From a virus (taxonomy: Duplodnaviria > Caudoviricetes): DNA of 33,230 nucleotides. Within the stretch, counting starts at the first letter, position 1. Each line of letters opens with the position of its first letter. Location of the stretch: the IMG/VR virus record IMGVR_UViG_3300021968_000003, positions 1 to 33,230 of that record; one strand, 5' to 3'. Both the position numbers and the translations under genes were made by a program. The notes under the pieces were generated by a model. That model was not told the DNA's origin, made no database searches, and was given only the letters and a program-made list of their open reading frames with translations. Positions 26,515 to 33,230 of this stretch are shown piece by piece.

Positions 26515-27378
26515 TCACGCGGTTTTAGAGTTGGAGTTATACCAGTCTCGAAATCCAGGCTCGTTTAGGAGCTTGTCTTTAAATTCCCCTTGGCTCATCC
26601 CCTCTATCTCAGCGCGTGTATATCTCGGTGTTTTCTGCCGAGGGGCAACCGGGGCATTTGCCGAAGCATCTGCGTTGCGGAGTCCTGTGGCAACCGTACG
26701 AGGTCTGGGAGAGGGGGCCGCTACTGCTGGCGTTGGCCTTCCGTTAGGTGGTGTTGCGGGTGGAGCGTTCGGCGTACCGTCATCCTCGTTTGAGGGTGCC
26801 GGGTTCTCCCCGCTATCGTCGGGCCAGGGAACCATGTCACCACGATCCCATAGGGTTGTGAACGCTATAGCGAGATTGTTGCGGGTAAGATCCCAGCCGT
26901 TCGCGCGCAACTCACCAAAGAGAGCATCGCGGTTTTGGGGCACAGGATAAAACTCTGGGTGTTCTTCGCGGAACGCACTTGATTCCGCGATGTAATACGC
27001 ATCGCGCTCCTGCTGGCTCATCTCCGTAAACTTGCGCCCGATATTGTCGGGGGAGATGCCCTGGCGCGCGGTAACGATTTCTTCGATGGCTTCGACCACC
27101 CTTTCCGGGTCGGTGATATCGGAGGAGAGGCGCAGACGATCAGCGGCGGTGAGCTGCTTCGGTGGCTCAATCTTCAGTTGAGGTCTCGCCGCGTCTGGCT
27201 TTCGCAATTTTGTAAACTCCATGTTGACGTGAATCTGGGAGTCAGCTAGTTTTTCGGCTACTTCGTCAATCGTCTTTCCCTTGAAGGTGGAGACGCGCGC
27301 GCCTTTGGCGTTCTCAATTACCAAAATGTAATCGCCATTTTCGTCGGGTTGCTTGTCATTCAGCCAGCGTCTTTGCAT
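26515..27378 (-). CDS. Probable capsid scaffolding protein
   Basis: FKGKTIDEVAEKL, F...HPEF, Pro-rich linker, C-terminal EIEGMSQGEF; between portal and capsid. Confidence 0.7.
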   Translation of the reverse strand: MQRRWLNDKQPDENGDYILVIENAKGARVSTFKGKTIDEVAEKLADSQIHVNMEFTKLRKPDAARPQLKIEPPKQLTAADRLRLSSDITDPERVVEAIEEIVTARQGISPDNIGRKFTEMSQQERDAYYIAESSAFREEHPEFYPVPQNRDALFGELRANGWDLTRNNLAIAFTTLWDRGDMVPWPDDSGENPAPSNEDDGTPNAPPATPPNGRPTPAVAAPSPRPRTVATGLRNADASANAPVAPRQKTPRYTRAEIEGMSQGEFKDKLLNEPGFRDWYNSNSKTA

Positions 27379-27392
27379 GTTTGGTTTCCTTT

Positions 27393-27785
27393 TCAAATTT
27401 CCGCATAGTCCTCTTCCGCGAGGGGTCTTGTGGGATCAAGCAAATTCTCTTGTCTCCGCTCCTCTGGGGTTAGTTGGGATATGGGGTTTGGTTTAGCAAT
27501 AGACGCCAGGAAAGTTTGTGACTCCAGTTGAATCCGGTCTTGCATGTGCGTGAATATCTGCCATGCAGCCTTAGCCATTTTGTGATTGGCCAGTACAGCG
27601 TTCTCGTCGGCGGGATCGGTGTTGATGAGCTTGGTTTCGGTCTCAATGCACACCATCTCCAGCACGTCCAAAAGGTCCGGGTAAATCTCTGAGTTGGCGA
27701 GGTTGTGGAGATTACGACGCTGAACGGACGAGAGCTCGGCGGTCACGCCAAAGGTTCTCTCCGTTCTGGTCGTCGTCTCTTCCAT
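27393..27785 (-). CDS. Hypothetical helical protein downstream of portal
   Basis: 130 aa ORF; GAGG SD; typical post-portal position. Confidence 0.75.
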   Translation of the reverse strand: MEETTTRTERTFGVTAELSSVQRRNLHNLANSEIYPDLLDVLEMVCIETETKLINTDPADENAVLANHKMAKAAWQIFTHMQDRIQLESQTFLASIAKPNPISQLTPEERRQENLLDPTRPLAEEDYAEI

Positions 27786-27905
27786 TTACTCGTCCTCTTC
27801 GTCTTCTTCTTCTTCGTTGCTTTCGTCGCCGTCTTCTTCTTCCTCTTCGTGGGCGTCTTCAAGCGGTTCATTGGTGGGCTGCTTCTTGCCCTTTAGCTCT
27901 GCCAT
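27786..27905 (-). CDS. Unannotated 39-aa highly acidic microprotein
   Basis: MAELKGKKQPTNEPLEDAHEEEEEDGDESNEEEEDEEDE; GGAGGAGG SD; TAAATG junction to the next gene. Confidence 0.7.
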   Translation of the reverse strand: MAELKGKKQPTNEPLEDAHEEEEEDGDESNEEEEDEEDE

Positions 27906-27907
27906 CT

Positions 27908-30019
27908 CTAGCCTCCTCCGTAGTATTGGCTTGCTTGCATCGTGCGCTCATCGGCGGTGCGCTCGGCAAAGGCTGCAGCGCGCTCTAGCGGCGACTGCAC
28001 TAATGTCTTGTGTGTTGTGTCTACGGTCTTGGCTGCGATGCGGCCGGCAATCTTCTTATCTTCGAGCTCCATGTCATTCTGGTGCTGCTTATCCATCTCG
28101 GCGGATTTAGCCTGGGCCTGGATCGCGGCGGGGTTCTGCATCATCTGTTGCTGCTTTTCCTGATCGGTCATGGGCACAATCAAATCCCGCTTGTTCTTCC
28201 ACTCACTCATGTCCAGAACCATGTTGACCAACTCCATAGCGTTGATCTTCCATCCGGTCTCTGAGAGTTGCTGGACGAGTGCCTGATTGCCCAGGACTTC
28301 GAGTAAGAAGGGGAGGGCTTGCGCCATGCGGTTGCGCGCTGCAAGTTTGGTGCCGGCTAGGGTCTCAAACTTGACGGGCATCGACATGAAATCCTGAAAG
28401 TCGGGCACGAGGTCTTCTGTGCGCTCTGCCAGAACATCGCGGATTTCGCTTATCGGCATCCGCTCTTTAATCATCTGGAACATGAATTTGAGGAAGGGAA
28501 TCAGAACGCCATCGCAAACCCTGTCAACGGGAGACTGGATGCGCGCGCTGGACGCGGCTGCTACTGCTCCCGCGCCGGTGCCTGACCTTACAATGCTCGA
28601 TCCTCGTCCTGGGATAGAACCTTGCACTGTCGCCTGATCTGCTCCTGTCGCGCCTTCGGCGGAAGCTACAACGGATTGAATGGCGCGCCAAGCATCGGGC
28701 GGGACTTGTGGCTGGGCAACAAGAGCAATGGCTTTGGTCGCGTCATTACCGTCCACCATGCGGATGCCACCCAGCCTCCTACGTTGATCTTGCGTAGGAA
28801 CGTTCGCGCCACGAGCTACGGCGTACTCAGGCTGAACCGCAAAAGCCAAAATATCCAGAAGGGCGTTTAACATCCCCTGTTCCACTCTCTGGTCTGCGCC
28901 GGCAATGCGGCCAACACCCATGCCATAGCCGGCGTTATCAATGTCCCAGTAGTTCGCGGAGAAAAATGGTTTGTCGGGGAGTTTGTGCGGGTTCTTGCGA
29001 ATCACGCATTTTTGCTGCAGGACCACGCGAACCTCAGTCTTGCTCCACCACTCCAAAACCTGCATCGGTTTCATTAGCGGATCTTCGCTGTAGGTATCGT
29101 CACGGCGCGCGGCGTGATGGACGCTGGTGTTTGCGCTCAAAGATTCTTCAGTGCCTTCGATGCTTTCGGTCTGCTCCTCATCGTTGGGCATGAAGATGGC
29201 GCGCAAAACATCATCACTGGGAATGTCGTACTCGTCATTTTCGCGGAGACGCTGAAGGTCGTCGTAGTTCAAATATCTTTCGTGGATGATCCACTTGGCT
29301 TTCCAGAGTTGATTAGGGTTGCGCCATGTGGGATCTACGAAGACGGTTCCCAGTTCGCACTTTTCAAAAATTGGCCGGTTGCGCGTCACTTCCACGTCCA
29401 CGGCTTCAAACTCATCGCTGGCCTCGGTAAAGACCGTCATGGGCTTGCCGAACGGCATATCGACCTGTGGCGGTGCCACCTTGCGCTTGTAATGCGTCTC
29501 GACGCGGGTTTCTGTTTCCCAGCCGCCTTTGAAAATCACGGTGCCCTGGTTGGTCATCCCCTGGATGCCGTAACTGAGCTCCTGCTTGAAACTTATCTGG
29601 TCCAGCAACTCGGCTATCAGTTCCTTCCACGCGCGCGCGGAATCCTGGTGCGATGACGGCCGGGGGCGTATGTCGAAGGGGGTCGGATCCGAAAAAACTG
29701 CCCCCGAAATCGCGGGGGCTAAGGCGTTCACTTGACGGGCAACGGAGAACCTTGAAACGTTCGCGCGCGTCACGCTGGAGTTCTCGAAGACGCTTAGGGT
29801 GCGCGGGGATTGGTACAAAATATCTGATTCGTTCCACATCAGCGGCCAGCGGCGGTCATTCAGCCATGCGCTTGCGCTCAGGTAGTCCTGGACAACGATG
29901 GAGAGTACGGCTTCATCCGTATATTTTGGCGGGATCGCGGGGTCGCGGGGCGTCTCAACGTCCTTAGCATAAACGGGTTGTGACCAATTGCTAGCCGCCG
30001 CTAGCGTGGCTGTGGCCAT
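27908..30019 (-). CDS. Portal protein (podovirus type)
   Basis: 703 aa; GTVIFKGGW, VFVDP, GYGMGVG, Gln-rich C-terminal barrel; position after terminase. Confidence 0.88.
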   Translation of the reverse strand: MATATLAAASNWSQPVYAKDVETPRDPAIPPKYTDEAVLSIVVQDYLSASAWLNDRRWPLMWNESDILYQSPRTLSVFENSSVTRANVSRFSVARQVNALAPAISGAVFSDPTPFDIRPRPSSHQDSARAWKELIAELLDQISFKQELSYGIQGMTNQGTVIFKGGWETETRVETHYKRKVAPPQVDMPFGKPMTVFTEASDEFEAVDVEVTRNRPIFEKCELGTVFVDPTWRNPNQLWKAKWIIHERYLNYDDLQRLRENDEYDIPSDDVLRAIFMPNDEEQTESIEGTEESLSANTSVHHAARRDDTYSEDPLMKPMQVLEWWSKTEVRVVLQQKCVIRKNPHKLPDKPFFSANYWDIDNAGYGMGVGRIAGADQRVEQGMLNALLDILAFAVQPEYAVARGANVPTQDQRRRLGGIRMVDGNDATKAIALVAQPQVPPDAWRAIQSVVASAEGATGADQATVQGSIPGRGSSIVRSGTGAGAVAAASSARIQSPVDRVCDGVLIPFLKFMFQMIKERMPISEIRDVLAERTEDLVPDFQDFMSMPVKFETLAGTKLAARNRMAQALPFLLEVLGNQALVQQLSETGWKINAMELVNMVLDMSEWKNKRDLIVPMTDQEKQQQMMQNPAAIQAQAKSAEMDKQHQNDMELEDKKIAGRIAAKTVDTTHKTLVQSPLERAAAFAERTADERTMQASQYYGGG

Positions 30020-30179
30020 CGCTCCAGTACCTCACGCCAAAATAAGAAGCCCCAAAGCCCGTTCAAATGAATTTGCTTACTGTTTCAATTCGGGTTCGGG
30101 TCGGCGGTGTTACTGGTCGGCCACTTCCGGTCTCTACTGGGTGACAATCCCCTCGTCACCATTATGGAAAGTTAGGCGG

Positions 30180-30208
30180 ATATTACCCTTCTGGGATGAG
30201 CATTGCAA
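30180..30208 (-). promoter_or_regulatory. sigma70-like promoter upstream of portal
   Basis: TTGCAA, 17 nt spacer, TAATAT on the minus strand in a 194-nt intergenic gap. Confidence 0.55.
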
Positions 30209-30213
30209 ACTCA

Positions 30214-30531
30214 TTAACCTAACCTTCTCCGTTCTTGCGCTTTTTTGGTCAGTCCACACCTGCAGCCGTCGCGTCTACCGGAAAATTCGGCTATCTGCGC
30301 GCCGTAGCACGATCCCCTTGCACAGATGGGGTGGCCGTTGATTCTAATGGCGTGGAACGCTCCAACGGCGAAGCCGGGGCCGTCGCAATCGTCTCCACAA
30401 CTACAGCACATATCCCCTGGTTCAACGGGTTTCAGCCTGGAGAGGCGGTGACTGTAGTTGGCGAGTTGATTTTCGGTATACAGTATCCCCTGTTCTGTAG
30501 GCTGATCCTGGCTCACGGGACAACTTCCCAC
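30214..30531 (-). CDS. Small Cys-rich hypothetical protein
   Basis: CCSCGDDC...ICARGSC...CRCG; overlaps the upstream gene. Confidence 0.55.
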   Translation of the reverse strand: MGSCPVSQDQPTEQGILYTENQLANYSHRLSRLKPVEPGDMCCSCGDDCDGPGFAVGAFHAIRINGHPICARGSCYGAQIAEFSGRRDGCRCGLTKKAQERRRLG

Positions 30532-30848
30532 TTTTCGGCCAGTTCGGTTGCATCGTAAGCGTCGGACGCGGCGTAACCGTCAACCAGTATCGTTACCTCT
30601 TGGCCGTCATCGTAGATAACCGTTGCGAGGTCGCCTGTCGTTTTATTCCTGAGCCTCGTCCCTCTGCCTTGGGATGGGGTGGACGTATTTGCTGCCGCTA
30701 TTCGCGCATTGTGATGCGTAAATTTGTACTCACCAAATGCTGCCTCATGGCATCTACTTCCTGCTGGTGCGTTACACCGAGGGCACTCGATGTTTAGAGG
30801 ATCGGTTGCTTCCCCACTCACACCCTCAACACTCGCCGCTTTATCCAT
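30513..30848 (-). CDS. Zinc-finger protein with small C-terminal beta domain
   Basis: CPRCNAPAGSRC...HNAR motif; overlaps the TerL end. Confidence 0.65.
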   Translation of the reverse strand: MDKAASVEGVSGEATDPLNIECPRCNAPAGSRCHEAAFGEYKFTHHNARIAAANTSTPSQGRGTRLRNKTTGDLATVIYDDGQEVTILVDGYAASDAYDATELAEKWEVVP

Positions 30849-32589
30849 TCAATCCACCTAAAATGTTCTCTAGCCCAAGTTCGTTATAGGGCTCGTCGTT
30901 CGGGTCGGTGTATTCGGCCTCTTCTTCTTCTGGCTCCGGTTCGGGCCTCGCATACTGGCCTCTCCCATAAATCATGTTGTACTTGTCGCGCTCTCTGACG
31001 GCGTTCCACGCCTCGTCTTCATCGTCCATTTCCCTGGCGATACTCTGGGGCAACAGGGCATCCGCCACGCGCGCTATGCAGTCGGGAATGGCGTTGTTCG
31101 GGAGCATCCCGTACTGGGTCAGTTGCAGCATAAGCGCGCGCAATTGCTTCATGCCGGCATTGAAGTAAAGCCGTCCCGTGGCGAGGTCTGCTTCGATGTT
31201 GCGGATTCTCAGGTCTCTCTGTCCGGTGTCGTCGTTGAAGTCCTGCCAGTCGATCCCTACATCCCAGCCCGTTGTAAGGGAGTAGTTCTGTATGGCTGAC
31301 TGCATGAGGATGGCGCCTGGGGAGTCCTCGACGCTTATCCGGTGCATCTGGTACTTCCGCGCGAGAGTGGCAACATGGTTAGCGAGAACGCTGGGCTTGT
31401 AGTGGCCTTCGATGGCCTCGACAATGTAACAGCGATTGCGGTACTCGATTCCGACAACAGCGGCCGCTGTCGTCCACTGGTGGCGGGTGCAAGGGAATCT
31501 CCAGTGGATGAAGGTTCGGCCTTCGAGCGGCAAAGCATCCTCATTCACCATCGCGCGCAAAATCTGATCCTGCGAAAACACAACCTCGGCCGCGCCGTAC
31601 TCGTCGTTTTGATACTGCGTCATAAACGAATCGAAGCCGTTGTCATATTCCGCGCGTAGATAGTCGTAACTGAGTATCTTCGGAAACAGCAAAACCACTT
31701 CATCCTCATCGGGAAAGCCGTTCTGATCCAGCCGCTCTCCGCTCTTGAGAATCAATGACGGCTTAACGATCCGCCTCACTTCGCCTGGGCGCGTGGTCAG
31801 TACCTCATCTGCAAAAACATCTCCGGTTCCGTATGAAGTCCCGCACTTGGTTTCCAGTCCCAGGGGCAAGAGAACCTTACGCGCGAGTTTGTATTTTTTG
31901 GTGATCTGAGTTCGGTTCTCATACTTCTGGGAGTTGCGATTATTTGAAATATCGTCAATGACGAGGTAGTTGGGGTGATACCCCGATAGTCCAGACTCCA
32001 CTGATTCCCCCCAGATGGCCGGCTCAATGATGCGGGGCTCGTCCTGGCGTATGGCGGCGGTAAACTCTCCGGTGTCGGGTTCCTTGCCCACGCAGAGCTC
32101 TGGGAAGAGTGCTTGAAAGAGGGTAGGGGGTCGGTTCGGTCTCCTGACAAAGAATCCACCCACCTGTTTCACAAAGTCCCATGCAAGGTCTCTGCGGCCG
32201 CAAAGGATCATTATGGAGATGGTCAGCGGCCAGCAAATGATGAGTTGCGCGCAATTGGCGAGGGAGATGGTGGTTTTGTAGACGCCACGGGGGAGTAAGA
32301 GGGATCCACGGCGTTTACCCTGCTTGATACTCCCCGATATCCACTCGTCAAGTGACAGCCCTGGCTCTTTCTGTAGGAAGAAGCCTATGGCCTCGTGGTG
32401 TATCTCTTCATCGACTAAGCAGAATCCCAGTACCCAGCAAAGCGCGAGTAAATTGGTCTGGCAGACGCGCCGGCCGTCATCGCGGAGTTTTTCGTCTTCC
32501 TGCACCAGTACGGTGAGCTCCGCGCGCCATCGCTTGTTATCGTGTTGGTCCTGGGTCTCGTCCTTAAGTCTTCGCCAATTGAAGGGCAT
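30841..32589 (-). CDS. terL: Terminase large subunit (ATPase motifs present, nuclease motifs degenerate)
   Basis: Walker A PRGVYKTT, FQALFPE, SGYHPNYLVIDD (Walker B), GTSY coupling motif, FMTQYQN, RNase H-like C-domain. Confidence 0.88.
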   Translation of the reverse strand: MPFNWRRLKDETQDQHDNKRWRAELTVLVQEDEKLRDDGRRVCQTNLLALCWVLGFCLVDEEIHHEAIGFFLQKEPGLSLDEWISGSIKQGKRRGSLLLPRGVYKTTISLANCAQLIICWPLTISIMILCGRRDLAWDFVKQVGGFFVRRPNRPPTLFQALFPELCVGKEPDTGEFTAAIRQDEPRIIEPAIWGESVESGLSGYHPNYLVIDDISNNRNSQKYENRTQITKKYKLARKVLLPLGLETKCGTSYGTGDVFADEVLTTRPGEVRRIVKPSLILKSGERLDQNGFPDEDEVVLLFPKILSYDYLRAEYDNGFDSFMTQYQNDEYGAAEVVFSQDQILRAMVNEDALPLEGRTFIHWRFPCTRHQWTTAAAVVGIEYRNRCYIVEAIEGHYKPSVLANHVATLARKYQMHRISVEDSPGAILMQSAIQNYSLTTGWDVGIDWQDFNDDTGQRDLRIRNIEADLATGRLYFNAGMKQLRALMLQLTQYGMLPNNAIPDCIARVADALLPQSIAREMDDEDEAWNAVRERDKYNMIYGRGQYARPEPEPEEEEAEYTDPNDEPYNELGLENILGGLNG

Positions 32590-33094
32590 CGCTCCCCCAT
32601 AGGTTGAACGTTACTCCCAGCGGAGGGCATGGCGGAGGCATCATTTCTGGACGGATGCGAAAAGCCAAGAGTCCTAATTTTGTTTCTCCATCAGGCTCAA
32701 ATCCTGCCAGTTCCCACGTTCTCCCCCAAGTCTCTATTCCACGTACCTTGATGGGCTTCACCTTATTGCGGTTGATGAATGTGACCATTCCCCGATCTGG
32801 TGGGTCGCCAAAATGCCAGCGCGTTGCAGCTAAAGCCTCAATAATCAGGGTTGACGCTAGTACCTCACATGGCGGCTCTTTACGGAACGCGCTGCAAATC
32901 CAAGCTCCGGGCCAGCGGTGTTTTACATACTCACCAAATGGCCACGATGTTACCCAGAAGGATCCAGCAGTAACCAGGACGCAACATCTTCCGGGTGGAA
33001 CAAATTGCGGGGTTCCCGGCTTCTGCCGGTTATAGTGTCGATCCGCTATGAGCCGGGTTCGTTCTTCAAATCTATGTGATATTTCCCAGTTCAA
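32564..33094 (-). CDS. Phage protein with possible Mom/GNAT-like fold (candidate DNA modification acyltransferase)
   Basis: ADRHYNRQ, AWICSAFR...ASTLI, MVTFIN...GRTWELAGF patterns recall Mom-like GNATs; TTG start overlapping the upstream stop. Confidence 0.5.
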   Translation of the reverse strand: MNWEISHRFEERTRLIADRHYNRQKPGTPQFVPPGRCCVLVTAGSFWVTSWPFGEYVKHRWPGAWICSAFRKEPPCEVLASTLIIEALAATRWHFGDPPDRGMVTFINRNKVKPIKVRGIETWGRTWELAGFEPDGETKLGLLAFRIRPEMMPPPCPPLGVTFNLWGSDALQLAKT

Positions 33095-33230
33095 GCGGTT
33101 TCTTCCTCGTCGGGAATATCCGCCATGTGGTCTTTCATGTGGGAGAGAAGTTCGTCATGGTTGGCGAGGGCGTATTCAGCCTCTCCGCGCTGCCCGTCCA
33201 TTGGGTAGTTGCCGTGTTTGTCGCGGAGCA
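33091..33230 (-). CDS. 3' end of a hypothetical protein (partial)
   Basis: Open frame ...LRDKHGNYPMDGQRGEAEYALANHDELLSHMKDHMADIPDEEETA* with TTGA overlap. Confidence 0.65.
   Translation of the reverse strand, partial: LRDKHGNYPMDGQRGEAEYALANHDELLSHMKDHMADIPDEEETA

Larger units (their letters stand above)
1..33230. mobile_element. Tailed phage/prophage segment, podovirus-like morphogenesis module plus accessory genes
   Basis: Collinear terminase-portal-scaffold-capsid-adaptor-tail-fibre-lysis genes; no tape measure or sheath gene; dense overlapping start/stop junctions. Confidence 0.96.

Noticed and set aside
1786-33035. Numerous plus-strand ORFs such as 12284..13099, 13825..14604, 9223..9819 and 25794..26396
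   Set aside because: Antisense shadows of well-supported minus-strand genes in GC-rich DNA, without recognisable motifs
1-33230. Stop-codon reassignment
   Set aside because: Core genes are full length under the standard code, and TAA, TAG and TGA all end genes at tight junctions

Overview
Fragment of a tailed dsDNA phage or prophage with podovirus-like organisation. Nearly all genes from 1800 to 33230 are on the minus strand. Read in transcription order they are: a Mom/GNAT-like gene, terminase large subunit, two Zn-finger genes, portal, probable scaffold, major capsid protein, two paralogous head-tail adaptors, a tail tubular/nozzle protein, a TGT/DpdA-like TIM barrel, a GNAT protein, three probable ejection proteins, a lipoprotein plus SleB-like wall hydrolase, tail accessory paralogs, a collagen-containing tail fibre and a holin-like gene with terminator. 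Then come an RHH + RelE/ParE toxin-antitoxin pair coupled to an SMC/Rad50-like ATPase, many small hypothetical genes and an endonuclease VII gene. A few plus-strand genes with a palindrome-covered sigma70 promoter converge on a terminator at about 1750-1790. No integrase, polymerase, tRNA, CRISPR array or reverse transcriptase is visible. The most notable points are a TerL whose nuclease catalytic aspartates appear lost, two candidate DNA-modification genes inside the late region, a gene with a perfect Shine-Dalgarno in front of a GTA codon, a hydrophobic leader on the capsid protein, and several unannotated microproteins. All product calls come from motif recognition and synteny, not from database searches.
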